A DNA stretch of 64,000 nucleotides from Candidatus Latescibacterota bacterium (lineage in GTDB: Bacteria; Krumholzibacteriota; Krumholzibacteriia; WVZY01; JAKEHA01). Under the pieces are notes generated by a model that was given only the letters and a program-made list of their open reading frames with translations, did no database searches and had not been told where the DNA came from. A program made the translations under genes and the position numbers. Positions 39,251-50,159 of the stretch are shown one piece after another. Position 1 is the stretch's first letter. Every line of letters begins with the position of its first letter. The stretch covers positions 2,816,001 to 2,880,000 of the forward strand of contig OY970173.1 of assembly GCA_963707635.1 (NCBI GenBank), in the 5' to 3' direction.

Positions 39251-40416
39251 CAGCGTTCCGTCAGTTTCCGGAGATCCTTGATGCTCGTCTGCCCCTCCGG
39301 AACCGCCCGGGCCGGGACGTTGGACGCCGAGCTTCGGTAGCCCTCGAGAAATGTGAGCGCCTGTCTGGCGACCTCCGACTTCGGGGCCTGGCGGATCGAT
39401 TTCTCGAGCAGGTAGTCGGTCTCCGAGATCCAGAACGAGTGGGAAACATACGACTCTGCCACCCCGAGAAGATAGTAGGCCTCCGCGAGGATCACATCGT
39501 CCTGCGGATTGGACCGCAGATACCGGTGCACGATCGTGATTGCGCCGATGAACTCGACCATGCGCGAGTGGTCCGACGCCGAGGCTGTCTTCTCCCTCGC
39601 GTCCGCCACCATGCGCCGCGCCGCACTCATCTCCTCACCCTTGGGGGGTTCGAGGTTCAGCGTCTCCAGCGACTTGATCCAGATTCGCGCTTGCGCCTTG
39701 ACGTCTTCCGGCATGTCCGGACGGTTGACAAACTGCGTGAGCGTCGACACCGGACGCTTGGTATCGTACATGGCCCCGATGGAGACCCTGAGGTAGTTTT
39801 CGAACGTGTTGAACGTCGCCAGGTCCTCCGCGCTCACATTGGGAGAGAGAAAGGTCTCCTCGTATGTCTTCATGGCGTCGGAAAACTGGCGGCTGGCAAC
39901 CTGGAGTTTGGCGCGAACGGCCGGGGGGAAGCTCTTCGCGTTGATGGCGTCGAGAAACTCCTTGCCGGGATCGAACGGTCTCTCGGCCGGCCGCTTGGTG
40001 TGGCACGTCACGCAGTTCTCGGTGATCTGGCCCACGATGAACCTCGACCCCATGTAGTTGGCGTCCCGAAAGCTATCGAGCGCTTCTTGCGAGTCTCTCG
40101 CAATGGACCGGCGCACAAAGTCGAAGCTCGGGTCGAGCCCACCGCCGTGCTCTTTCAGTTGGCCGGCACCCTCGCCGAGCGCTACCAGCAGGCGCCCGAT
40201 TTCCTCGTGATTCTGTGGGTCTTCAAAGGCATCGGCATTGAGGGCGTACCGGTAGAGGTTGGAAACGACCACGAACAGGCCGCGCATCGCCGCCCAGGTG
40301 GCCGTCTGCCCGGATTCCTGTGACGATCCGACTCCTGCGCCAAGTGCGATCGTCACCGCCACGACACCGAACAACAGCACACCCCCTAGACGCCGCCTGG
40401 TTTTCATTTTACTCAC
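39250..40416 (-). CDS. Exported helical protein with one c-type heme motif
   Basis: N-terminal signal/TM, CVTCH, TPR-like AEAYYLLGVAE near the C-terminus. Confidence 0.7.
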   Translation of the reverse strand: MSKMKTRRRLGGVLLFGVVAVTIALGAGVGSSQESGQTATWAAMRGLFVVVSNLYRYALNADAFEDPQNHEEIGRLLVALGEGAGQLKEHGGGLDPSFDFVRRSIARDSQEALDSFRDANYMGSRFIVGQITENCVTCHTKRPAERPFDPGKEFLDAINAKSFPPAVRAKLQVASRQFSDAMKTYEETFLSPNVSAEDLATFNTFENYLRVSIGAMYDTKRPVSTLTQFVNRPDMPEDVKAQARIWIKSLETLNLEPPKGEEMSAARRMVADAREKTASASDHSRMVEFIGAITIVHRYLRSNPQDDVILAEAYYLLGVAESYVSHSFWISETDYLLEKSIRQAPKSEVARQALTFLEGYRSSASNVPARAVPEGQTSIKDLRKLTER

Positions 40417-40475
40417 CTCGCTGAGTTCAAGTAGTTCCGTCCATGCGACCAGGATTTCGCGGCCGTTGCAAGCTA

Positions 40476-40552
40476 TGGCGACCCCGCCAGGGATTGAACC
40501 TGGAACATCCAGCTTAGAAGGCTGGTGCTCTATCCAATTGAGCTACGGGGTC
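40476..40552 (-). tRNA. tRNA-Arg (TCT)
   Basis: Anticodon arm CCAGC-CT-TCT-AA-GCTGG; CCA. Confidence 0.95.
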
Positions 40553-40658
40553 GCTTCTCGAATAATAGCACGCGGAATACCGCGAGTGCGTCCCCGGAAA
40601 CGAGAAGCGGCCGGTCGTCGTTCGGCCGGCCGCTCCGTCGCAACTGTACGAAGGCCGT

Positions 40659-42596
40659 CTAGGCCTGCTTCCCGCCCATCGCCTTGCGGTAGAGCGTCCA
40701 CGCCATGAACCCGAGGCCGGCCAGCGATACCAGCAGCATCACGCCATTCGACGCCCACGGCGCCACCAGCGGCATGTTCAACTTTGCCACCACCAGCCCG
40801 GCGATGACGATTCCCATGATCGCCTCCCCGGCCACCAGGCCCGACGAGAACAGGAACCCGCGGTGAATTACCGCCATGTGGGCGTCGCCGGTGAGCCCCT
40901 TGCGGCGCGCGCGCGTGTCGATTATTCGGTACACGACGCCGCCCACCAAAAGCGGTGTCGTCACCGTGAGCGGCAGATACATGCCGACCGCGAGCGGCAT
41001 CACGTGCAGGCGAAACGCGGTGTTCCGCGGCGCCAGAAACATCCGGTCGATCACGATGGCCGCGATCCCGACCGACGCCCCCGCAAACAGGAGTCCCCAC
41101 GGCATCGGCTGGTGGGTGAAGATGGTGCCGACGAGCTGACGGAACATCATCGCCTGCGGCGCCGCGAGTTCGTTCGCGCCCTCGAACGCCGGCCTGCCGA
41201 TTCCGTATGCCCGGTGCAGCAAGGTCAGCACCGGCGCGATCATGAACGACGCCAGCACGGTCCCCCAGATTGCCGACCACTGCTGCCGGCGGGGCGTCCC
41301 GCCGACGATGTAGCTGATCTTCAAGTCCTGGCATATATCGCCGGATAACGACGCCGCGCAACACACCACCCCGGCCACGCCGAGGGTGGCCAGCATCCCT
41401 CGCTCCCCGGTGAAGCCGAAGAGCAGGATGACTCCCGCCGCGATCAGCACGGTGCAGATGGTCATGCCCGAGGTCGGGCTGTTGGAGGACCCCACCAGCC
41501 CGACGATGTACGCCGCCACCGCGACAAAGAAAAACGCGAGAAAGAACATCAGGACCGTGGTGACGATCGTCACCGGCGTGCTGCCGGTCATCCGGATGTA
41601 CACGGCCGCCATCAGCACCATGCACAGGGCGGTCAGCCCGATGAGCCACTTGCCCCGTATGTCCTGCTCGGTGCGAAGCATCGAGCCGGTGTCGCCGTGG
41701 CGAAAACTGTGCAGCGCGCTCGCGATTCCGGCGCGAATGCTCCCGGCCACTTTGATGATCGAATACACGCCTCCGACCACCATGGCGCCGATCCCGAAGA
41801 AACGAATCTTCTGGTCCCAGATGTTGTTCACGAAGGCGGTCACGTCGCCGCCGAAATCGCCGCCCATCGCCAGAATCGGGACGGCGACCCAGAAGCTGAT
41901 CAGGCCCCCCAGGACGATGAGCATGCTCACTTCGAACCCGCAGATGAAGCCCACCGCCATCAGCATCGGCGAATTGTCGATGCCCCCGTAGATCGCGGTC
42001 TTTCCGACCCGGAACGCCTTCTCGAGGTGCGGGATCATCAGGCCGGCGACGTCGACGACGATCTTGTAGATCGCACCCACGCCCAGGGCGCCGAAGATGC
42101 CCTTCATCTCCTCGCCGCCGCGGTCGCCCGCCTTGAGCACCTCCGCGCACGCCACCCCCTCCGGGAAACGCAGCTCCTTCTGCTCGATCACCATCGCCTT
42201 CCGCAGCGGCACCATCATGGTGACGCCGATCACCCCGCCGGCGAGCGCGATCATCGTCGTCTCCAGATAGTTGAAATGGGTCCACAGCCCGAGCAGGACG
42301 ATGGCCGGAACGGTGAAGATTACCCCCGCCGCGAGCGACTCGCCGGCGCTGGCGATCGCGTGCACGATGTTGTTTTCCAGGATGGTGCCGCGGCGGAACA
42401 TGCCGCGCAGCACCCCCATCGAGATCACCGACGCCGGGATGGCGGCGCTCACCGTCATGCCGGCGTAGAGTCCGACGTAGACGTTCGCGCCGCACATGAG
42501 CAGGCACAGGATGCTCCCGAGCACGAGCGCGCGCAGACTCGTCTCCGCCATCGTCGTCGTTTCGGCGGGCACATAGGGTCGGAATTCGTTGGCCAT
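40659..42596 (-). CDS. OPT family oligopeptide transporter
   Basis: ANVYVGLYAGMTVSAAIPASVIS, ENNIV, FPEGVACAEVL, SSNSPTSG, APQA. Confidence 0.93.
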   Translation of the reverse strand: MANEFRPYVPAETTTMAETSLRALVLGSILCLLMCGANVYVGLYAGMTVSAAIPASVISMGVLRGMFRRGTILENNIVHAIASAGESLAAGVIFTVPAIVLLGLWTHFNYLETTMIALAGGVIGVTMMVPLRKAMVIEQKELRFPEGVACAEVLKAGDRGGEEMKGIFGALGVGAIYKIVVDVAGLMIPHLEKAFRVGKTAIYGGIDNSPMLMAVGFICGFEVSMLIVLGGLISFWVAVPILAMGGDFGGDVTAFVNNIWDQKIRFFGIGAMVVGGVYSIIKVAGSIRAGIASALHSFRHGDTGSMLRTEQDIRGKWLIGLTALCMVLMAAVYIRMTGSTPVTIVTTVLMFFLAFFFVAVAAYIVGLVGSSNSPTSGMTICTVLIAAGVILLFGFTGERGMLATLGVAGVVCCAASLSGDICQDLKISYIVGGTPRRQQWSAIWGTVLASFMIAPVLTLLHRAYGIGRPAFEGANELAAPQAMMFRQLVGTIFTHQPMPWGLLFAGASVGIAAIVIDRMFLAPRNTAFRLHVMPLAVGMYLPLTVTTPLLVGGVVYRIIDTRARRKGLTGDAHMAVIHRGFLFSSGLVAGEAIMGIVIAGLVVAKLNMPLVAPWASNGVMLLVSLAGLGFMAWTLYRKAMGGKQA

Positions 42597-42707
42597 CGCT
42601 TCCTCCCAGGGTTCCGGGCATTATCTCCGGGACGGCACCCGGCCACAAACAAAAACGGCTCCCGAATTCGAGAGCCGTTCCTGTCAGCAATTGCCGGGAA
42701 ACGTCCG

Positions 42708-43142
42708 TTATTCGGTCGCCGCGTACAGCGCCTTGATGGCACCCCACGTTGACGACTGGACCGCCACCGGGTTGGCATTCACCCTGATGCTGCCGGTCAT
42801 GCCGCTGAAGCAGTGAATAACGCAATAGTACGGATAGAGTCCGGCGACGTTGAACGTGACGAACGACGAAAAGGCCGCGGCGTTCAAGTACCCCGTGTCC
42901 CACAGACCGTCCGGCGTGTCGCAGTCGGGACCGCTGGTCGAGGTGTGCTGCAACGTGGTTTGATTCCGCCAGCGCACGCGGTCTCCCGCAACAATGACGA
43001 GATCCTTCGGCGAGAAACTGCCTCCGGCCGTATTCGTCATGTTCACGGTGTAGTCGGTCGACGACGACGGAACCGCGGCGAGGGTCACGGCCAAGGCTGC
43101 CATAATACCGAACAGGACAACTGCCCGATCACTGAGGCGCAT
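42708..43142 (-). CDS. Secreted cupredoxin (plastocyanin-like) with TWGAIKALY tail
   Basis: FSPKDLVI..GD.V.W.N...H, YYCVIHCFSGM type-1 Cu ligands. Confidence 0.85.
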   Translation of the reverse strand: MRLSDRAVVLFGIMAALAVTLAAVPSSSTDYTVNMTNTAGGSFSPKDLVIVAGDRVRWRNQTTLQHTSTSGPDCDTPDGLWDTGYLNAAAFSSFVTFNVAGLYPYYCVIHCFSGMTGSIRVNANPVAVQSSTWGAIKALYAATE

Positions 43143-43278
43143 AAGAGCCCTCCGACGGTGAATAGCCAACTGCAACGTTGGGATTCTATCACGCCCGGAT
43201 CGGGAATCATAGCAAAGATATGCAAACGGCGAGGCAACCGGCTGCTGCGAATAGTGTTCGGTGGCTCGGCGGAAGGAG

Positions 43279-43355
<77 letters not shown>

Positions 43356-43402
43356 ACCCGAACCGGAGTCTATCACATGCCGGTGTTACCGGCGCATCGG
43401 CA

Positions 43403-44665
43403 TCAGCGCGCCTGCCGGTACCAGTGCACGAGTTCGCGCAAGGACGGCGGCTTTCCGTACATGAGCGCCCCCACTCGAAACACGCGCGCGGCGAAGTTGA
43501 TCGTGAAGTAGATCGAGACCGCCAGGAGGGCCATGCTCAACGCCACCTGCCAGGCGGGCGGCTGAATCAGGATGATCCGGGCGAGCATCACCATGGGGCT
43601 GAACAGCGGCAGGAGCGAGAGCGTGACGGCGAGCGGGCTGTTCGGGTTCTGAATCAGGAGCATCAGCGTGAGCAGCGGCACGATCAGGGGGAGCGTGATC
43701 AGCCCCTGGAGTTGCTGCGCGTCCTGATCGGTGCTGCACATCGCCCCGACCGTCATGAACAGGGCGGAAAACAGCAGGAACCCGAGGACGAAGAAGCCCA
43801 GGAAATAGACGAACACGATCGGCGCGATGTGGACGGACGACAGGATCGCCACCACGCCGGTGGCGGCGTAGCGTGCTGACCGCGGCGCCGATCAGCGCCC
43901 AGATGGTGAGCTGCGTCAACCCGGCCAGCCCCACCCCGATCAGCTTCCCGGCCATGAAATCGCGCGGGGTCACCGAGCTCAGGATCACTTCCATGATGCG
44001 CGTGCCCTTCTCCTCGATGATGCTCTTGGAGATGGTGACGCCCCAGGAGAGGAGCGCCATGTAGAGGATCAACGTGAACGCGAACACGACCCCATAATCG
44101 CCCATCACGTTCTTCTTCTCCACGCCGCCCGCGGCGGTCACCTGGCTCATCTCGAGACTGACGGCGGTCGTGAGCGACTTCACGCGCCCGTAGTCCAGCC
44201 CCTCCGCGGCGAGGCGCTGCTTGATCACGATGTCGTTGAGCGCGTCCTCGATGCGCGTGAGCACGTTGAAATTCCGCTCGTCGCGCGTGATGTACCCGGC
44301 CTTGCCGTCGTCCAGCACGGACGCCGGAATGGTGATGACGATATCGAACACTCCGTTCTGCACATCGCCGACCCGGGCCGTGCGTTCGGCCTCGAACCGG
44401 TCGCCCGGCGCCACCCCGACCGTCGACGCGTATTTCGGGCTCCCGTCGTCGAGCGTATCGGTGAGCGCCGCCGCCAGCTCCGCGCCCATGGCACCGGTCT
44501 GGTCCAGGATCGCCACCCGGTAGCTCTTGGCCGGCTCCAGCACCGAAAACAACACCGGCACGACGACGAAGACCAGCATCAGCACCGGCACCAGCAGCGT
44601 GCTGATGATGAAGCTCTTACGCCGGACGATCTCGGTGTACTCGCGGCGGATGATCCGGGTGGTTT

Positions 44666-44669
<4 letters not shown>
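43403..44669 (-). CDS. ABC-2/NatB-like permease (apparent frameshift near 43870)
   Basis: IIRREY...[27 protein letters not shown]-terminal half in ORF 43403-43855. Confidence 0.88.
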
Positions 44670-45571
<902 letters not shown>

Positions 45572-45573
45572 CG

Positions 45574-46251
45574 CTATCGCTCGCGCGCCAGCTCGAAGCG
45601 AAGCAGCATCTCGCGCATTTCGACCAGCGCGCGATAGCGATGGCTGGTCCGGTTCTTCTCCGCGGCGGTCATCTCGGCCAGGGTCTTGCGGGAGGCGGCA
45701 TCCACGAACACGGGGTCGTAGCCGAACCCGTGGGTGCCGCGGGGTGCGAGTGCGATCTCGCCCGGCAGGACGCCGTCGGCGAGCAGGCAATCGGCGCCGC
45801 CGGGCGGCACCTCGGAGCCGCGCGCCGCCACCGCGGCCATGCGCTCCGCATCCGCAGGGACGAGTGCCAGCGCCATCACGGTGCGAAAGCGTGCGCCGCG
45901 CCGGCCCTCGGCCACGCCGTTCATTTCGCGCAGCAGCCTGGTGCAGTTGTCCGCGTACGATGCCTTCTCCCCCGCGTAGCGGGCCGCGAGCACGCCCGGG
46001 GCACCCCCCAGCGCGTCGACCTCGAGCCCGGTGTCGTCGGCCAGCGCGGAGCAGCCGGTGTGCCCCCGCGCCTCGCGTGCCTTCTTGAGCGCGTTTGCTT
46101 CGAGCGTGGCGCCGTCTTCGACCGTCGCGGGGGCAGTTGGAAACGCATCCAGAGTCGTGACCTCGACGTCGATATCCGACAGCAGGTCGAGGATTTCGCG
46201 CGCCTTGTCCCGATTGTGCGTGGCCAGCACCAGCCTCACGTCCGCCCTCAT
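45574..46251 (-). CDS. rdgB: Non-canonical purine NTP pyrophosphatase (Ham1/RdgB)
   Basis: ATHN..K, ADDTGLEVDAL.GAPGV, GFGYDPVF, KNRTSHR. Confidence 0.93.
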   Translation of the reverse strand: MRADVRLVLATHNRDKAREILDLLSDIDVEVTTLDAFPTAPATVEDGATLEANALKKAREARGHTGCSALADDTGLEVDALGGAPGVLAARYAGEKASYADNCTRLLREMNGVAEGRRGARFRTVMALALVPADAERMAAVAARGSEVPPGGADCLLADGVLPGEIALAPRGTHGFGYDPVFVDAASRKTLAEMTAAEKNRTSHRYRALVEMREMLLRFELARER

Positions 46252-46952
46252 TTGATCCCGAGCGCCGTGCGCTGCGCTTGGAACAGCGCCGTGCACCCGT
46301 TGTGCGCGAGCCGCAGCATCTCGTCGAACTGCACCCGGGTGAACGGCATTCGCTCCGCGGTGCCCTGCACTTCGATGTAGGCACCGCTTTCCGCCATGAC
46401 CACGTTCAGATCGACGTCGGCGGTCGAGTCCTCATGGTAGGCGAGGTCGAGCGCCGGGCGTCCGTCCAGCATGCCCACGCTCACCGCCGAGACCAGGAAG
46501 TTGATGGGACTCTGCTTGAGCTCGAGCGTGCGAATCGCGTCGTAGAGCGCCACGCAGGCGCCGGTGACGGACGCGGTCCGCGTGCCGCCGTCGGCCTCGA
46601 TGACGTCGCAGTCGACGATGATCGTGTTCTCGCCCAGCATCTCCATCGCCACCGCCGCCCGGCAGCTGCGCCCGATGAGGCGCTGAATCTCGTGCGTGCG
46701 CCCGCTGCGCCCGCGCTCCGCCTCGCGCTTGATGCGGTCGCGCGAGCTGCGCGGGAGCATGCCGTATTCGGCCGTGATCCAGCCGCGCCTCTCGCCCATC
46801 ATCCAGCGCGGGACGCCCGGCTCCAGCGTGGCGCTGCAAATCACCCGCGTCTCGCCGATTTCGATCAGCGCCGAGCCTTCGGCGTGGCGCAGGTACCCGC
46901 GCTCGATGCGCACGGGGCGAAGTTGTTCGAGCGAGCGTCCGTCTTTTCGCAT
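46248..46952 (-). CDS. rph: Ribonuclease PH
   Basis: AEYGMLPRS, EIQRLIGRS, ADGGTRTAS, EVQGTAE. Confidence 0.97.
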   Translation of the reverse strand: MRKDGRSLEQLRPVRIERGYLRHAEGSALIEIGETRVICSATLEPGVPRWMMGERRGWITAEYGMLPRSSRDRIKREAERGRSGRTHEIQRLIGRSCRAAVAMEMLGENTIIVDCDVIEADGGTRTASVTGACVALYDAIRTLELKQSPINFLVSAVSVGMLDGRPALDLAYHEDSTADVDLNVVMAESGAYIEVQGTAERMPFTRVQFDEMLRLAHNGCTALFQAQRTALGIK

Positions 46953-46974
46953 TAGCACCTCTTCATGCCATTAC

Positions 46975-47075
46975 GCGGGTCCTGGCGCCGACAGCCCGGG
47001 GCGGCTCGTTTCGTCCGCGCCTGCGCACTAGACTCACTCGCCGCCCGGGCACCCGTCGGCGCCACCCGCTCGTGC
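46975..47075. repeat. Intergenic GC-rich stem-loop element, copy 1
   Basis: 46986-47017 is the exact reverse complement of 50112-50143. Confidence 0.8.
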
Positions 47076-47083
47076 AGGAGATC

Positions 47084-47881
47084 CTATAGCACGGAGACCA
47101 GTTCGATGTCCGCCACGCGGCGTCCCAGGAATCGCGTGGCGATGTCGCCGAAACTCGGGCTGGTATCGCTCAACACGATGTGGAATTCCCCCGTGCCGGA
47201 GGGCGCGGCGATCCCGCGCGCCGCGAGCACGCGCGCCACCTCGCGCGCCGTTTCCACCGCCGAGTCCACCAGCGTGACACCCGCGCCCAACACCCCGGTG
47301 ATCACCGGCTTGAGAAGCGGATAGTGCGTGCACCCCAGCACGAGCGCGTCGATGTTCGTGCCTTCGTACGGCCGCAGGTACTCCTGGGCGACCAGCCGCG
47401 TCACCGGCGTGTCGATCCAGCCTTCCTCGACCAGCGGGACGAACAGCGGGCAGGCCTGCGGAATTACCACCGCGTCGGGCAGCGCGGCGAGGATCTTCGC
47501 CTGGTACGCCCCCGACCGGATGGTGCCCGGGGTGCCGATGACGCCGATGCGGCGGCGCCGGGTGGCCGCGACGGCGGCGCGCACGCCGGGTTCGATCACG
47601 CCCACGATCGGGACCGGAAACTCGTGCTCGAGCTCGGGAAGCGCCTCCGACGACGCGGTGTTGCACGCGATCACGACCATCTTCACACCCCGGTCGAGGA
47701 GGAAGCTGACGTTCTCGCGCGAGAAGCGGCGCACGGTGTCGGCGCTCTTGGTGCCGTAGGGCACGCGCGCCGTGTCGCCAAAATAGACGTACGACTCCGA
47801 GGGCAGGTGCCCGAGCAGCTCCTTGAGCACGGTCAGCCCGCCGATCCCGGAATCGAACACGCCGATGGGTTGTTTCGACAT
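47084..47881 (-). CDS. murI: Glutamate racemase
   Basis: FDSGIGGLTV, PYG.K, ACNTAS, LGCTHYP. Confidence 0.97.
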   Translation of the reverse strand: MSKQPIGVFDSGIGGLTVLKELLGHLPSESYVYFGDTARVPYGTKSADTVRRFSRENVSFLLDRGVKMVVIACNTASSEALPELEHEFPVPIVGVIEPGVRAAVAATRRRRIGVIGTPGTIRSGAYQAKILAALPDAVVIPQACPLFVPLVEEGWIDTPVTRLVAQEYLRPYEGTNIDALVLGCTHYPLLKPVITGVLGAGVTLVDSAVETAREVARVLAARGIAAPSGTGEFHIVLSDTSPSFGDIATRFLGRRVADIELVSVL

Positions 47882-47887
47882 GGCTTC

Positions 47888-48496
47888 CTAACGCCAGTCG
47901 CGGACGTAGAACGGCTCGTCCGCGCGAATGTGTCCCGCGATGGTTTCGATCTGCGAGCCGTCGACCAGGATCTGCACCTTCTGCACCTCGGGGAAGTTCT
48001 CTCCCACGGTGCGGACGATCGAGGCAACGGTGCAGTACTCGGCCGCGCTGCCCCCGGGGTGCGACGCGACCAACTCGCTCGAGAAATCGAGATACACCGT
48101 TCCGCTGTCGGTGTCCACCATCACCGCCAGCAATCGCGTATCGGCAGGGATGGCGCTCAGCGCCTTCGGGTCTTCCGGTCCGGTCAAGAGCGCGTCGACG
48201 ACCTGGCGGAGCTGCTCGTCGATCCGGTGCCCCACCGCCACCTCCCGGGGCTCGCTCACCAGCACGGGCTCGTCCGCGCCGGCGAAGTACAGCGTCACCG
48301 TGCGGCTCCCTTCCGGGACCCGCTCCACCCGCGTCGGCGCCGGCGCCTCCGGCTCCTTCGGGCCCCGGGCCGTGAACCACAGCACCACCCCCAGCACCAC
48401 CGCCGCCACCACGGCGATCGCGATCAGATGACGGGCGCGCAGTCCGTCATGCCGATCCGGGTGTTCCTCCATCATCGGGTCGAAGGGATCCGACAC
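47888..48496 (-). CDS. GerMN-domain membrane protein
   Basis: One TM; VTLYF, ALLTGP, YLDFS, VQILVDG...IAGH. Confidence 0.85.
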   Translation of the reverse strand: MSDPFDPMMEEHPDRHDGLRARHLIAIAVVAAVVLGVVLWFTARGPKEPEAPAPTRVERVPEGSRTVTLYFAGADEPVLVSEPREVAVGHRIDEQLRQVVDALLTGPEDPKALSAIPADTRLLAVMVDTDSGTVYLDFSSELVASHPGGSAAEYCTVASIVRTVGENFPEVQKVQILVDGSQIETIAGHIRADEPFYVRDWR

Positions 48497-48497
48497 G

Positions 48498-49985
48498 CTA
48501 CCGGTACCTTTCCTGCATGCGGCGAATCGCCTCCACGATCCCCTCCGCCACCCGGCGGTGGAAATCCGGGTCCACCAGCATCCGTTCCTCGGCCGGGTTG
48601 GACAGGAAGGCGGTTTCGATCAGCACCGCCGGCATCTTCGCCCCCTGGAGCACGACGAAGTTGGCCTGCTTCACACCGCGGCTCGCCAGCTGCACGCGCG
48701 ACATCATCTCGCGCTGGATGTACTCCGCGAACGTGCTGCTCTGCGCGATGTACTCGTTTTGAACCAGGTCCCACAGGATGAACTCGACGTCGCCGCGCGG
48801 TCCGCCCTCGTCCCCGTTGCCGGCCGCGTTCTCGAACCGCGCCAGCGCGCGGTCGGACTCGCTGCGCGCCGGCGAGAGAAAGTAGGACTCGAACCCGCCG
48901 GTGTGGTCGTTGAACCAGCTGTTGCAATGGATGCTGACGAAGAGGTCGGCGCCCGAGGTGTTCGCGATCTCGGTGCGCTCGCGCAACTCCACCAGCCGGT
49001 CGTCGTCGCGGGTCATGACCACCTCGAGCTGCAGCTCCTCCTGGATGCGGTCCCGCACCGCGCGGGCGATGGCGAGCGTCACGTCCTTCTCGAACACCCC
49101 GCTCGCGCTTTCCTTGCCGACCTCGCGCCCGCCGTGACCGGCGTCGATGCAGATCTTGTCGATCACCAGGCCCGCGCGCTCGCCCGCGGCCTCGTCGACC
49201 ACTTCGACCCCGCCGGCTTCCGGCTGGCCGCTGCGCTCGAGCACGATGACGAGCTGGGGCGGGGTGTCCACGCGGTCGACCCGCATGCGCCGGACGTCGC
49301 GCGAGATGTCGATGGTCACGAACGCGTCGCGCTCGCTCTGCTCGGCGCGCACGCCGGATACCAGGCCGCGTTTTTCGCTCACGCTGAACGCGCGCAGGTC
49401 GACGCGGCCGCCGTAGAGCTTCAGGCGGATCAGCCCGGGCGTCCCGCTGTCGACGTGGTAGACCAGCGGCTCGGTGAGGTGGAGCGTGGCGGTGGTGCGG
49501 TCGCGCGCGGCGTCGAAGGTGATGCGCGTCACGTTGAACCCGATTCCGCGCACCGTGAGTCGCTTCTCGTCCTCGTTCCACTCGAAGCCGCGGGGGGTGT
49601 GCTGCGAGGCGATCTCGAGGATGAACTCGAGCGGGACGAGCACGAGCCCGGCGTCGTAGCGGGCCGCCGCGCGCATCATGACCGGCTCGCCGTCGACCAC
49701 CACCACCCGGGTGTCGACCGTCAGCACGAAGCGGGCGTGCCCGACGCCGAGCACGATCTTCCGGCTCGACGCGTTCCAGAACTGGGTGGCGCGCAACAGC
49801 CGGGCGACGTCGTTGGCGCGCAGGAAGAGGACGCCGTCGTCCCCGGAGAGCTCGGTCGCCGCCACCCGCTCCGAGGGGCGGCCGTCGTCGTATGCCACCT
49901 CGATCGTGGTGTCGGCCGCGATGGCGATCGGATGCAGGAGTGCCATGAAGGCTCCCAGCACAATGATGAGGATGGACCGTTTCAT
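48498..49985 (-). CDS. N-acetylmuramoyl-L-alanine amidase (Amidase_3)
   Basis: IDAGHGG, EKDVTL, FVSIHCN, PAVLIETAFLSN. Confidence 0.93.
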   Translation of the reverse strand: MKRSILIIVLGAFMALLHPIAIAADTTIEVAYDDGRPSERVAATELSGDDGVLFLRANDVARLLRATQFWNASSRKIVLGVGHARFVLTVDTRVVVVDGEPVMMRAAARYDAGLVLVPLEFILEIASQHTPRGFEWNEDEKRLTVRGIGFNVTRITFDAARDRTTATLHLTEPLVYHVDSGTPGLIRLKLYGGRVDLRAFSVSEKRGLVSGVRAEQSERDAFVTIDISRDVRRMRVDRVDTPPQLVIVLERSGQPEAGGVEVVDEAAGERAGLVIDKICIDAGHGGREVGKESASGVFEKDVTLAIARAVRDRIQEELQLEVVMTRDDDRLVELRERTEIANTSGADLFVSIHCNSWFNDHTGGFESYFLSPARSESDRALARFENAAGNGDEGGPRGDVEFILWDLVQNEYIAQSSTFAEYIQREMMSRVQLASRGVKQANFVVLQGAKMPAVLIETAFLSNPAEERMLVDPDFHRRVAEGIVEAIRRMQERYR

Positions 49986-50040
49986 GCGTCGAATTCGGAC
50001 GATAGCAGACGCTTTCCGGCCCCGGAACACTTTGTTTGCG

Positions 50041-50157
50041 GCACGCGAGCGGGTGTGCGACCGACGGGACGCCGCGGGCGTCGGCGCAGCCGAGGGCTAG
50101 TTCGTCCGGCACGGACGAAACGAGCCGCCCCGGGCTGTCGGCGACACCCGCTCGTGC
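50041..50157. repeat. Intergenic GC-rich stem-loop element, copy 2 (inverted relative to copy 1)
   Basis: Terminal inverted repeats CGAGCGGGTGT/ACACCCGCTCG; shares 32 exact bp with copy 1. Confidence 0.8.
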
Positions 50158-50159
50158 TC

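Noticed and set aside
50097..50125. Hammerhead ribozyme (GGACGAAAC)
   Set aside because: No CUGANGA core in either copy; the sequence is explained by a simple hairpin.
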